NCBI RefSeq assembly: GCF_009834535.1
Contig: NC_045697.1
Span: forward strand, 45,262,001 to 45,326,000
Source of the DNA: Camelus ferus
Taxonomy: Eukaryota
Length of the DNA stretch: 64,000 nucleotides
Reading direction: 5' to 3'
Positions within the stretch are counted from its first letter, which is position 1; the number at the start of each line of letters is the position of its first letter. Of this stretch, positions 1 to 12,492 are shown one piece after another. The translations under genes were made by a program, and so were the position numbers. The notes under the pieces are model-generated. The model saw nothing but the letters and a program-made list of their open reading frames with translations, made no database searches and had not been told where the DNA came from.

Positions 1-443
1 ATAAAGCATAAAGATGTGAATACTGTCTCAGGAATCTCTTTGATCGGTCACCTCCTGGCACTGAATGCTACACTACACAATACAAACTGTGGTGATCCCA
101 GCATTCACTTCCCAAACTGTCCTGCATAGACATTAGCTTCCCATAAGATGTAACAGGTCCCCCATTCTCTCTCTTTCTATTGATAAACAAGGTAGATAAT
201 GTTGGGTTGAATACAAATAGTCTTTCCTATTTGATTGTCTTCACAGAGTCTTTAATATGCTGATTGTCACTGTCAATTTCAGCACGTGGTGATGGCAGCA
301 ACCATGGCTGTAACGGTGGGGATTACAGTTTACCTGGTTTCCTAGTCTTATTTTACCAAAGAACACTTTGTTGGTTGGTTTGTTTTTCACAGAATATCCA
401 TATAGGTGGTTTATTAAATGGTCCAAGGTTGGTGTGTGCCTTC

Positions 444-502
444 CTTAGTGCGTTTGGGCTGCCATAACAAAAATACAGTAGACTGAGTGGCTTAAACACA
501 GA
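444..502 (-). mobile_element. MaLR LTR (MLT1/MST-type) terminal fragment
   Basis: cttagtgcgtttgggctgccataacaaaaatacagtagactgagtggcttaaac resembles the reverse complement of the MLT1A/B LTR 3' end. Confidence 0.7.
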
Positions 503-982
503 CCAGCAGATCCGCTGCGTAAGTAGACATTTGGTTAGGGAATTAGATGTCTCGCTCTCCTTCCGAAAGGATCTGCCAAATTTTGAGGAAGTATTGACTA
601 GTGCTTTCTTTACTTGGTCTTTGGGGTGAAGAAGCAGCCCCTTTTTTCACAGGAAAGAGAGGGAAGAGCTTTGGCACTTCACACCCTTGAACTTGTACCT
701 TCTCCTTTCCCCTCCTCCCCGCTCCCTACTCTTCATGCACAGGAGATGGGGTTGGGTGTGGGTGATAAGGGCAGGTCTCTGAGGTGGCTTAGCTGCCACT
801 GATGAAGCCCTAGACATAGTAAGAATCTGGTTTCCAATTGCTTCCAATTCTCTTTACTCTCTAGAATGTGGATTATTCCTGACTTTGGGTCCTGTTCAGC
901 AGAAAAGTCTGCTCAACATTTTGTAACTATTGTTAAGTTCTGTAAATGCTGGATTCTAGGTTTTGTGAAGACAGGGCTCATG

Positions 983-1060
983 ATTGCCTTGTTCATTTAT
1001 ATCCCCCAGTACTTAGTACTTAATAATAGGAACTCAGTAAATGTTTGTTGAATGAATAGA
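983..1060 (+). mobile_element. L2 LINE 3' end
   Basis: Ends in ...ctcagtaaatgtttgttgaatgaat, the typical L2 tail. Confidence 0.65.
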
Positions 1061-1067
1061 TAATAAT

Positions 1068-1170
1068 CACTTAGGGAACTTGTTTAGTACAGATGACCAG
1101 GCTTTACTGGCAGAAATTCTCACTTGATAGGTCTGATTTGATGGGACACACTTTGAGAAATACTGGCTAG
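1068..1170. mobile_element. MER5-like hAT-Charlie remnant
   Basis: tcacttagggaacttgttt...cacactttgagaaatactg resembles the MER5A internal sequence and terminus. Confidence 0.5.
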
Positions 1171-2364
1171 TCCATAAACAGATTAACCTTGTATGATTCT
1201 TCACCTATGGGTTAATGATTGCTTAAACACATGTTTGTAATGGTGATTTCAGCAACTCTCTCGTGACTGCATTTGAAAAAAATATATATACAGACATACA
1301 GCCACAAATGCACACACATCACACATAGGCAAGAGAAAGAGAAAATAAGGTACAGAAGTGATGTTTAAAACAACACTTTGGGACTCATGAATACATACCC
1401 TCATGGAAAATGTCCTTGGAAAACCCTATAACCATTTCTGACTTTTACGTATGGGTAGAAGTTCCTTCTCTTATTGTGATTAAATCACGTTTATATGGTG
1501 CAAAGCAAGATTCCTTAATTCCCAGGGTCCTTGTCTGTGGTGAAACCCTGGAAGGGGCCATGGGTGGGGCTCTGGAGCTCCCACTTTGCAGATGGTACCA
1601 GTTGTAAGAGTAAATACTGGATGTGAGTCTCTAGAGTTTTCGGTACAATGTATTTCACAAGTGCAGAATAGAAATTGTAACCCCAGTACTTCCAAAGAGT
1701 GGTCATTATCACCATAGATGTAGAAAATCTGCTTAAACTGTATACCAGGGTAAATGAACCCCAAAGAATCTGATTTAATTGGGAAAGATTTGAATTGATA
1801 AAGATAATATTTTTAACAGAAATGGACACAAATAGCTACAATTTGTCTTATTTCATGTATTTCTTGTAACGATGTTTTTATTGAAATATACGTACAGCAA
1901 AATGCACTTCATACGTTTGCTTTTGTTTTCACATTGTATAATGAAAATTCTGTTATAAACAGAATAAATATTCTAAAATCTTGTTGTTATTTGAAATGAA
2001 GTTTCCATCATAACCATGTAATACATGGTTGTAGAGGTTAAGTTCATCAAATTAGATTATTACTTTGTAAGTCACGCTATTTTCAGATGTTTTCTAGAAA
2101 GTTAGAGGACATTACATGATATTTTATTATCAGATAAAGCTGACATCTCAGAGAACAATCAGGCAAGTTATAAGTGAAAGAGGTCACCATTTCAAGGGTT
2201 TAGAATGATGAACTTTTCAAAGCCTAAGTCAGAAAAACCTCCAGTCTTCAAGCTTTTGAGTTATGAAGTAGCCCCAATAGCCCCTTTGCCTCAAAGATAC
2301 TGCTTAGAATGAGAGCTAGGATGACGGGACAGAAATCCAGGGGGATTGATGCCAAAGCTTTCTT

Positions 2365-3664
2365 TCTTTTTTTTTTAACTTTTTTTTTTTGAGTAATAGT
2401 CATTTTACAATGTTGTGTCAAATTCCAGTGTACAGCACAATTTTTCAGTTGTACATGAACATACATATATTCATTGTCACATTTTTTTTTCGCTGTGAGC
2501 TACCATAAGATCATGCATGTATTTCCTTGTGCTATACAGTATAATCTTGTTTATCTATTCTACATTTTGAAATCCCAGTCTGTCCCTGCCCAGCCCCCTC
2601 CCCCTTGGCAATCACAAGTTTGTATTCTATGTCTATGAGTCTGTTTCTGTTTTGTATTTATGGTTTTTTTTTTTTTTTTTTTTTTTTAGCTTCGACATAT
2701 GAGTGATCTCATATGGTAGTTTTCCTTCTCTTTCTGGCTTACTTCACTTAGAATGACATTCTCCAGGAACATCCATGTTGCTGCAAATGGCGTTATATTG
2801 TCAGTTTTTATGGCTGAATAGTATTCCATTGTGTAAATATACCACCTCTTCTTTATCCAGTCATCTGTTGATGGACATTTAGGATGTTTCCATGTCTTGG
2901 CTATTGTAAATAATGCTGCTATGAACATTGGGGTGCAGGTGTCATCCTGAAGTAAGGTTCCTTCTGGATATAAGCCCAGGAGTGGGATTCCTGGGTCATA
3001 TGGTAAGTCTATTCCTAGTCTTTTGAGGAATCTCCACACTGTTTTCCACAGTGGCTGCACCAAACTGCATTCCCACCGGCAGTGTAGGAGGTTCCCCTTT
3101 CTCCACAGCCTCTCCAGCATTTGTCATTTGTGGACTTTTGAATGATGGCCATTCTGACTGGTTTGAGGTGATACCTCATTGTAGTTTTTATTTGCATTTC
3201 TCTGATAATTAGTGATATTGAGCATTTTTTCATGTGCCTTTTGATCATTTGTATGTCTTCCTTGGAGAATTGCTTGTTTAGGTCTTTTGCCCATTTTTGG
3301 ATTGGGTTGTTTGTTTTTCTCTTATTAAGTCGTAGGAGCTGCTTATATATTCTGGAGATCAAGCCTTTGTCGGTTTCATTTGCAAAAATTTTCTCCCATT
3401 CCGTAGGTTGTCTTTTTGTTTTACTTATGGTTTCCTTTGCTGTGCAGAAGCTTGTAAGTTTAATTAGGTCCCATTTGTTTATTCTCATTTTTATTTCTAT
3501 TGCTTGGATAGACTGTCTTAGGAGAACATTTTTGAGATGTATGTTAGATAATGTTTTGCCTATATTTTCTTCTAGGAGGTTTATTGCATCTTGTCTTATA
3601 TTTAATTCTTTGGTCCATTTTGAGTTTATTTTTGTGTATGGTGTAAGGGAGTGTTCTAGCTTCA
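2365..3664 (-). mobile_element. 5'-truncated young LINE-1 (ORF2 C-terminus, 3' UTR, poly-A) with a perfect 13-bp TSD
   Basis: ORFs 3015-3668 ([11 protein letters not shown]...MRYHL) and 2686-3120 ([13 protein letters not shown]...YTMEYYSAIK) are L1 ORF2 split by one frameshift near 3090; TSD ccaaagctttctt at 2352-2364 and 3665-3677. Confidence 0.97.
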
Positions 3665-4509
3665 CCAAAGCTTTCTTAGATACGAAGAAAGACTCAAAGA
3701 TTCATACCATGATGTAAATTGTGGAATTAAAAAACACATCTTTTTACCAAGAAATAAATCAGTAAAACTCAAATCTTCTATTATGAAATGCAATAAGTCA
3801 TTTGTAGTTGGATATTCTGCTGCATCTCCCCACCCTTACCTGTCTCTCCCTCCCTCCTCCCCTCCCCTCACTTCCTTCTTTCCATCTTTCCTTTTTTTTT
3901 GGTAACTTCAGATTGTTAATTTCTATTTGGACAGACTTGAATCATTTATAAGGGCGAGACTATAGTCTAGATAGTTAAAATGAGCCACAACTTTATCCCT
4001 AAGTCCTACAAGAGAGGTATTTTCTGAGTCTATATGAATATCTGGCCCCTTGGAGGTATGTGTGTGAGGGGAGAGAAAGAACTTGGGGAAAGAAATGGGA
4101 CCAGGCATTTTGAACCTAAGACAAGTACTCAGGGCAGGCTTGTTTACATGCCCAAAGGGTTCCTGAAGTATTCATTCCTTTCAATATAGAGCTCTAAGTA
4201 CTTCTAGAGCAGTCATAGAAAACCTAGTTTGATCAAGACTTCAAGGACTACCTTCAAAAGTCAACAGAAAATCTGGATAATCTCTCTAGTGTCTCAGAGA
4301 AGGGGCTAGGGAAAGGAGAGGCTAGGAATCCCCACAGGGCAAGACATGGCTTCTTGGGTCACTTAAGTCTGACTGTGAACCACAATGGCTCAGGCAGTGT
4401 CCAAAGTTCAGCACATATTGGCCGTAGCAGGAAGCATTTGGCACAACGTATGGGGTATATTTTGGTCTAACTGCTTCCCAAATATGTTATGATTAAAACT
4501 GGCCTTTTA

Positions 4510-4621
4510 ATTAGAAAAGATACATGCATCCCAGTGTTCATAGCAACACTATTCACAAAAGCCAAGACATGGAAGCAAACTAAATGTCCATCAACAGATG
4601 AATGGATAAATTGTGGTGAGT

Positions 4622-4656
<35 letters not shown>

Positions 4657-5016
4657 AATACTACTCAGACTTAAAAAAGAATAAAATAATGCCATTTGCA
4701 GCAACCCAGATGGGCCTGGAGATTGTCATACTAAGTAAAGTAAGCCAGAAAGAGAAAGACAAATACCATATGAGATCACTCATATGTGGAATCTAAAAAA
4801 AAATGACACAAATGAACTTATTTATAAAATAGAAACAGACTCATAGACATAGAAAACAAACTTATGGTTACTGAAGGGAAAGGAGGGGGAGGGAAAAATT
4901 GGGAGTTCAGGATTTTGCAGATACAAACTACTATATATAAAATAGATAAGTAACAAGTCCTACTGTACAGCACAGGGAACTAAATTCAATACCTTATTAT
5001 AGCCTATAATGAAAAG

Positions 5017-5047
<31 letters not shown>

Positions 5048-5119
5048 ACTGAATCACTGTGCTGTACACCAGATACTAACACATTGTTAATCGACTATAC
5101 TTCAATTAAAAAAATAAAT
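4510..5119 (+). mobile_element. 5'-truncated LINE-1 (ORF2 end and 3' UTR) with degenerate TSD
   Basis: Peptide DTCIPVFIATLFTKAKTWKQTKCPSTDEWI, L1 3' UTR and A-tail; flanks aaaactggcctttta (4495-4509) and aaaatcggtctttta (5120-5134). Confidence 0.93.
4625..4654 (+). repeat. (CA)n microsatellite inside L1
   Basis: Run of about 15 CA units read directly. Confidence 0.95.
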
Positions 5120-6340
5120 AAAATCGGTCTTTTACCTTTTAAAAAAGAATGCAACATACCTAAGTGTTGTCAATCTCAAACAAAGAAACAAACAAATAAA
5201 CCCCAACTTTCTCTCTGGGCACAGTTTCTAACACCGAACCTCGAAATGTCCTCTACTTCATTAACTTACACTGTGTTCAAAGCCCTGCCAGGATCCCAGC
5301 GGAAACTGCAGGAAGGTGTTAGCTTACTGAGTAAGGAAAAAACCAACCTCTTGTGGTATATAAAGCTGTGGTTTACAAACCTAGGGGGTTCTTATATAAT
5401 GCTGAGTGATTTATGGATGTGAAAGGGAACTTTTAAAATATACTCTATCTTTAGTGTTCTTTGCAACTATTAGGAGCAAAAAAAATTTCAAGAGTCCAAT
5501 GAACTGTCTTAAAATGTTCTCATTGCTTTTTTTTTGCTTTGATTCTTTAATAGAAGCATTCAACAGAAAACACAAGAACACATAAAAATGCAAGGCATAA
5601 TTATGACCTAAAATTACAGTAGTGAGTCACTATTAGGCATACATTTATGTGTCCCTCTGATGCTAACAGCTCTCTTGCAATGATACCCAGATACTTTGCT
5701 GCTGAACCAACACAAAGACATCTTGTATCTCACTGTCAAATTTCTTTTTCAAATGTACTACTCCAATCCATTCCTTTACAAATTTTTATTAATTCACAGT
5801 GTAGGTCAGTTCCTAGTGATCCATGGTACTCTGATGATTTTACGGCTATTCACAGCATGGGTTATTCCTCCTCATGATTTCTCAGAGGAGTTTCTGTCAA
5901 TAAAAAAAAAGAGAGATGCTGGACACAGGCTGGGTACTGAAATAAAGATCAAAAGTGTCCCTATGTCTATGTGTGTCATTTAAAAAAAATGATATGCATC
6001 TCTAAAGTTGAATGCCAAATAGAAATCATTTTTTGGTTATTTACAACCTGAATCCAACAAATAAAGTTAAATTTTATGAATCAAATAACTGAATGAATAC
6101 TTCTAACCAAACTGTATTCTCTATCTATGTGGGTGTAGCCTAATAAGATAAATTGTGCTAATTTTCAAAAGGGTCAAGTGCTAACCTTTGATTTTTGTTT
6201 CCAAGAATAGCCTTGCCAATGTCCTTGCTCTGTACTGTGACTTACAGGACAGGTCTGCACATCCTGAGCGAAAGCACAGAACAGTTAAAGGAACCTTGGT
6301 AAGCCTCTATAACTTATATATTGCCTTGTAGATGTATCTG

Positions 6341-6713
6341 TGTTGTAAGTGGAATGTTTATGTTCCCTTCAAGATTCAAATGTTGATCATATCTGAATGT
6401 GGGGACCTTTGAGAAGTGATTGGGTTTGGACTGTATACTGAGGGTGGGACCTTTGTGATGGGATGAGTGACCTTATAAAAAGAGGAAGAGAGAGCAATAT
6501 TCTCTCCACTAGCAGGCACTCAGGAGAAGCCATGTGAGGGCCCGGCAAGAAGGTGGCCGTCGGCTAGCCAGGAGAGGGCCCTCACCAGACACGGAACCTG
6601 CTGGCACCTTCATCTTGGACTTCTGGCTTCCCAACTGTGAGAAACAAATTTCTTTTTGTTTAAGCCCCCAGGTCTGTGGTATTTGGTTATGGTAGCCTGA
6701 GCAAAGGAAGACG
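6341..6713 (+). mobile_element. MaLR solo LTR (MLT1A-like)
   Basis: Starts tgttgtaagtggaatgtttatgttccc, contains cttataaaaagagg and ggcaccttcatcttggacttc, ends tttggttatggtagcctgagc; flanks atctg and gtctg are a 4/5-matching 5-bp TSD. Confidence 0.88.
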
Positions 6714-6776
6714 GTCTGTCAGGAATGTATTATTCAGTTATAAGAGATGGAAAACTCTAGGAGAATGGGATAGTAG

Positions 6777-7247
6777 TGTAAGGGCCTGACATTAAGCTTT
6801 TGATTGTGGAAGCATTCATTTCAAAAGACATCTATTTCAATTAAACATATCTGCAGCTCTATGACTCTGCTCCTGGCAAATAACCAGATAAGGAACTAGG
6901 CCACCCACACGCATGAACTTCCCTGGACCACCTAGATAACTGACCCCTTGAGGGGCCCTTCCTCCACTCTCCTGAGCCCCAATACCCTCTCATGCTTTGA
7001 ATTAGCCCATAATGAGTGACCCTGAAAAACCCCAGACACCTTTCCCTTGGACCCTAATAAAAATGCAGAGCCCCAGGTCCCCACTCCTTATCTTTCTCTC
7101 CTCATGACTTTGCTGTGTCGTCCTCAGCTGTACTTTCTAGGATCTCTGGGTGATAAAACTTGTTTCTTAAAGTTCCTTGATTTTTTTTCCCCTGAAGTGT
7201 ATCCTATGATCATAATCAGAACTGCAAGGATGGGCCCAGATACAACA
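6777..7247 (+). mobile_element. ERV1-class solo LTR (family uncertain)
   Basis: TG...CA termini (tgtaaggg...tacaaca), an AT-rich TATA-like box (taataaaaa) followed by a pyrimidine-rich R region and an ataaaac poly-A-like signal. Confidence 0.6.
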
Positions 7248-7369
7248 TTGGCCTTAGGGATGGGGTTGGAAATGTCTCTGGGCCTTGCTAGGAATGATAG
7301 GGGCCCAGGCAAGTGCCTCAGGCATTCCTAGCCCAGAGCATTACCATCGTGGGCTGGGACCAACAGGAC

Positions 7370-7990
7370 ATTACAAGTGACTTAAACATTAGGATTTTTT
7401 TGGTCTCACAAAGAAATGCAGGGAAGAGAAGCCAGTCCAACGCAGGTGTGGTGGCTCAGCAGTTCCATTAGTGACCCATCCACCACTTTTAACATTTAAG
7501 CCCTCATTTTCATGCTTGTTGCCTCATAGTCACAAGATGGTTGCTGTACCACCCAGCCTCCTGTTTGTATTCCAGGTTGTGAGCAAAGGGATAAAAGAAA
7601 TTTGATGGTCATCCTGTCTTCCTAACAAGACCTTGCCTTTTTACTTGGGGAAGGTTGGCCTTACCAGAGATTTCTAGCTCTCTTTGGCGATGTCACATGA
7701 CCAATTTGACCTGCAAAGAATGCTTTATCTGTGTATAGATTCAGGGATCTTTTAGTAGGGAAAATATATTTCACCCCTTGTACTCCTTGGACAATCTGCC
7801 ATCCATCCATACCCTTCTTCAAATAAATATACTTTATATTGAAAACATTTACCCTCTACTAGAGAAATAGCCCCAAGTTCTCCCCTACTGCTGTATTCCT
7901 CCTTAAGTCCGAGACGACCAGGCACAGGTAGGTGTCCCGGTCAGATCTGTGTGTGGCTCCATTGTGCTGGGAAGCTCATCACCCCACATG
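7370..7990 (-). mobile_element. Old MaLR LTR (MLT1J/K-like) with adjoining MLT1-internal remnant
   Basis: acaagtgacttaaac..., cctcatagtcacaagatggttgctg and gtcacatgacc...ctgcaaag are MLT1 motifs; aagtccgag...tcagatctgtgtgtggctcc resembles MLT1-int. Confidence 0.6.
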
Positions 7991-8988
7991 GGCCACACTG
8001 ACCACTGACCTTTGGATGTCCCAAGGAGACGAATATGGGAGACTTCTGCAAGTGGCATCTACCCATTAGCATCCTTGATGTCATGGATTAAGTTTGCACT
8101 GTTCTTGCTGCTTTGCTAAGAAAACCTAAGTCAAAGCGACCTTGAACTGAGTCCAAATCAGAATTCTTGCAATCTGAGACCATGCTTTGTGGTCTGGCCT
8201 AATGCACTGGGCTCATTTTGCTGGTCTATGTTATCATCAAAAAGACTGTTGGGTTCAGGGAAGGAAAGAATCTGTTAAACCCGTTTGACTGAATCATGGG
8301 TTAATTCAGTCAACCTGGTCAATCTTGTAACCTTACACAGACACACCTCCGAGTTCGCGTTTTTCTGATACCCAAACTCTAAAAGGGGCCGCAGACGAAT
8401 ATCTTGAATATACGCACAACTTCCACCTGTACTTTCTTCTAACATGAGGCTTTTAGAGAATTATTACCAGCCTCCCCACCTTCCTGCAAAGCCCCCACTT
8501 CTTCCGTCAGAGTCACAAGAAAGTGCCAGAAATTCTAAGAAGTGGGCTGTTTTCCACATTTATATTTCACTGTAAAAACATCAGTGCCCTCTGATTTATG
8601 CTCCCTCTGTGACATGTACCAGGAAGGCCTTGCTTGTAGAGCACACATTAATTACCACCGCTGTCTTCTCTGAGCACTTTACAGCTTTTTCCTAGTTTCT
8701 GATCAATGGAGAGAGAAAGACTAAGAAATGCTTCCGCATCCGAAGTCGATGAAACAAAGCACGTTTCATTTTGAAGTGTCTCTCAGTCCTTCTGAACTCA
8801 CATCCCAATTCTGGGTTACTGGGTATACATAGAAAATTGTTTGCCCCTGTGCCATTTAATAAGTGCAGGCAGACTATTTTAAAGAGTAATCGAGTGTAGG
8901 TTTGGCCCTACTTCGTTTATCTCTGGGCTCCTAAAGAAGCTTATGAGCCCTTAAGATGCCTGTTACTTAGCAGAGGCTGAATTTACTT

Positions 8989-9007
8989 TGGCCACTAGAG
9001 GGCAGCA
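8989..9007 (+). promoter_or_regulatory. CTCF binding motif
   Basis: tggccactagagggcagca matches the CTCF core consensus CCASYAGRKGGCRS without mismatch, in non-repetitive sequence. Confidence 0.8.
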
Positions 9008-9364
9008 CGGCACAGAAAGTGTGGCGCAGGTAGCAGACACTTGTCTGATTTAAAGGAAATGAAGAGGCTTTCTGGGGTCTAGGGCAGGCAAGGAGGGAGT
9101 TGCTCAAAAAGCAAACAATAAAAAAAATCCCTACAATTACCTTGTGTGAAAAAGAATAAAGAGATGTGCAACATCTCGGCATTTCTTTGGAATTCACAGC
9201 GGCTAATGAGAGAAAAGTAGATGACTGTATTTAGGTCATTTATCCCTCATCCCCGTAATGGAAGAAGAAGGAATGAATTACTCAGTTAAACTGAGAACAA
9301 GATACCAAAGTCAGGAGGACGGTTTAAGTGCAAGTTTACTCATCTGGGAGAAATGACACTTAAG

Positions 9365-9505
9365 AGCATTTAGACCTGGGTTTATACGCCATTTCTATCA
9401 TTTGCGAGCTGTGTGATGCAGAAAGTGGTTTAATTCTCTAAGCTTCAGTTTGCTCAGCTGAGAAGTGGGGATAATAATAATTACCTCATAGAGAGGTTGT
9501 GACCT
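9365..9505 (+). mobile_element. MIR SINE
   Basis: agacctgggttt...gctgtgtga...ctctaagcttcagtttgctcagctgagaagtggggataataata...acctcatag, the MIR core. Confidence 0.75.
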
Positions 9506-10039
9506 TAAAGGGAGTAGTGCACAGGAAGAGATGAACTCAGCTAGTTATATAAATGTAGGCTCTGGCTATGATTAAGGTCATCCATCAGCTCACTGTTGGA
9601 AATAAACTTTGCCCTTCCAAAGTCTTTTAGGTCCTGGATTCTGGCTCCTAAGGGAGATGCAGGAGCCAGGAATAAATGGACCCAGAAGGAGAAAAAGGGA
9701 CATGGTGACCAACATCCTGGTCCTCCCATGGGCTTGAGTAAGCTGCCTGCCTTGGTGCAGGCAGGATGCTGCAGCCGCTGGTTATTCGGCTCCAGGCCTT
9801 TTGCAGGGAATGAGAAAGCTGGGAGCTTAGCACAGAGGTGGGCTGGAGAGGGCGATAGTGGCTGATTCTTACCCCTTGCACCTTTTTTTTTAAAAATTTT
9901 AAAAAATTTTTATTATTTTATTCTGCTGAGCTTGAAGCCACAACGGGAAGGAGTGGGTAGTTGAGCAGGCCTGCCCAACAGAGGGGGGATGCCCCTGCCT
10001 TCTGTTTCTATTCTTATTACCCTTTGGGACTCTTTCTCA

Positions 10040-10130
10040 TTTTCTTTTTCTTTTTTAATGAGGGTACTGAGGATTGAACCCAGGACCTTGTGCACGCTAG
10101 GCAGGTACTCTACTACTGAGCTACATAGCC
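10040..10130 (-). mobile_element. tRNA-derived camelid-type SINE (Vic-1-like)
   Basis: Reverse complement reads gtagctcagtagtagagtacctgcctagcgtgcacaaggtcctgggttcaatcctcagtacc plus an A-tail; Pol III A and B boxes visible. Confidence 0.85.
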
Positions 10131-10242
10131 GTTACCTGACCCCTCTCACTCTTTTTCTTAGCTCCTTCATCTCCTGCTTCTTTTAGTCTTGCTTCTAAAC
10201 TTATCAAACCCTCTGTTCTGCCAATAAGCATCTCTTTTAATT

Positions 10243-10710
10243 TATTTATCCATCCAACAAGTGTTTATTGAGGACTGACTGTTGCCATATGTTGGGAATA
10301 CAGTCCTGAATCGAGGTCAGAGCTCTGTTCTGATGAAACTCTCTAGTGGAGAAAACTGACAATAAGTAAGCAAACAAACAAACAAAAAAATCAGATAATT
10401 TCTGGCAGTGGTTAAGTTGCAAGTAAGGTGAAAGTTGAGGTGCATAAGATGGTGCTGTCAGGGAAGGAAGGCTTCTCTGAGGAGGTGACATTAAAACTGA
10501 GGCTTGAATGATGAACACAAGCCACCCAGGCACAGATCATAGCATTCCCAGCAAGGGCAAAGGCCCCACAGTGGGCTTGTTGTGTTGAGCAGGCAGAGCT
10601 AAGGTCTGTGAGGGGGGAAGGGGGTGTGGGGAGAGATGATGTCCGGGATCAGCCTGTCAGCCTTTGTAGGCCAGATTAGAGTCTGAATTTGCTTCTAAAG
10701 CAAAAGAGGA
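10243..10710 (-). mobile_element. L2 LINE 3' fragment
   Basis: atccatccaacaagtgtttattgag..., gtcagggaagg...ggaggtgacatt... and ccttgtaggcc-like motifs of the L2 minus strand. Confidence 0.75.
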
Positions 10711-11809
10711 GTAATTTTTATGCCTTAAGAAAATGTTCCCTCCTTCAGTGTCATCGATAGTATCTTATGTTTTCTTCTATCTGTTCTGTAATTTGGGTTT
10801 CTACTCAGTAGAAATGCCTAGGAAGAGAATCAGCTCCTGTGGGGGAGAAAAATGATATGCATTTAGTACGATAGATGGATTTACAAATCAAAGAAATATA
10901 ACCAAAATAATTGGGATCGCCTCCCAATCCCCCTCCTAAATGAATAATTAGATCCTTGTTTTCACTCTAGTCTAGAACATTGTCATCAGAACTTATTAGC
11001 TGCCTTGCAATTTCCTTGCCTTCTAGTGAGAGTGAATATGGAGACTGGCATTTAAAGGGTCTTCTGGGTGGTTCTGGGACTGACTTAGAGATAAGGCAGA
11101 GCAATGCAAAAGAACACTAGGAAGTGCAAAACTGGCACATACGTGATCACCGGTAATTTCCAGCACGGCCCTTTCCAAATAATATTCCCAAACACCACCT
11201 AAAAGAGTGAAGCCAGCTGAAATAGCCCAGATGTTTCCCCAGCTTGTAGAGTGAAACACACCACAATAAACTGGGAGAGATGACATCAAAGTAGTCTGCA
11301 AAGCCAGGGTCTTAATGGAATCAAAGATATCCCCAAAGCTTTCAGGCATCTGCTCTTGTACCGTGACCTGGGCTCCTCTGGATCTGGCCAGTGTATGTCT
11401 GCAAAGCTCACATCTGGAAACGATGTCACAAGTGCTCCAAAAGCTGATTCTTTCATCAATAAGAGGTTGCTTTCTTCAGAGAAAAGATAAAATAATGCAG
11501 GTTTCTCAGTTAGGCACACTCTTTACCTCCAAAGAAAATGAAGAGTTCCCAGGTAGACTCTAAAACAATAGAACAGAGACTAATCACACAGAACCAGTTG
11601 GAAATCCTCATGTGTCCAAGTCCTTACTCTGACTTGTTCCAATTAAAGCCTGAGCACAAGGTGAGAGCTTCTGACACGTCGTGAGTGTGTTCTACCCACA
11701 TCTTCTTGAGTCCCTCACCATTTCCACAGACAGCCGCCAGTACCCGCTCTTGGGCTGATGGACCCCGCCTTGCCTAGTGGAAGACCTAGGGATTAATGAC
11801 TCCCTAGGG

Positions 11810-12079
11810 GCATCCTTACATGTTACCTGAGGCTGGGAATAGAAGCATCCCAGCTCCCTTGCCCCTTGGCAGGATGACTCTGCTGTGTATGCGTTGATGC
11901 CTTTTCCCAGAGCCTCTTAGTTGGATGGAGCTCTGGTTGCCTCCTGAGGTATCTAGCTTCATTCTGGGCCCTTACGATCTGCCTTACTTCTTCTGTCTCA
12001 TCTACCTCCGAATCTCCAAAATAAACTGTGTATTCAGTACCATATTGGGGTCCGCTCTCAGAGAAACCCAACTACCACA
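11810..12079 (+). mobile_element. ERVL LTR16-like fragment
   Basis: catcccagctccct...ccaaaataaactg...gtccgctctcagagaaacccaactaccaca resembles the LTR16 3' end; similar to 56777-57157. Confidence 0.65.
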
Positions 12080-12492
12080 CATCGCTGCTGGAATAGTTCC
12101 CCTCTCCTTAACGTTGATGTGGAAAGGAAGCACATGTCCTAAACATGAGGACTGCTGCGGGAGGAAGATCAGCTGAAGTTTCCTGCCAGCTGTGCGGCTG
12201 CACAGTGGCTGCACACCATTAGAACTTCAGGATTACCAGCCCTGCCCTTACTCAGGTCCTTCCACCTTCTCCGTGCTCTGCTCTGCTTATAGTATGGGGA
12301 GAATCCAAGTTTAGAATAGACCTCTCCCATTGCATGAAGGATGCTGGTTGTTGATACCATGAAATACTCTTGGCTAAAGAAACTTAAGGGCAGTGGAAAT
12401 TTTAAAATAGGAAGTTCCAAGATGATATAGCAATCAAAGTTTTGCTAGCTTAAGAAAAGTTTGGGTATATCTATTAAAACTAGATTACCAGC

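Noticed and set aside
2686..3717. Long ORFs of 144-217 aa as host genes
   Set aside because: They are L1 ORF2 fragments and their antisense shadow in a 5'-truncated, frameshifted copy
11823..12071. 82-aa minus-strand ORF that looks protein-like and ends at a donor-like CAG|gtaac
   Set aside because: It lies within the antisense strand of an LTR16-like element, has no ATG start and resembles no protein I recognise
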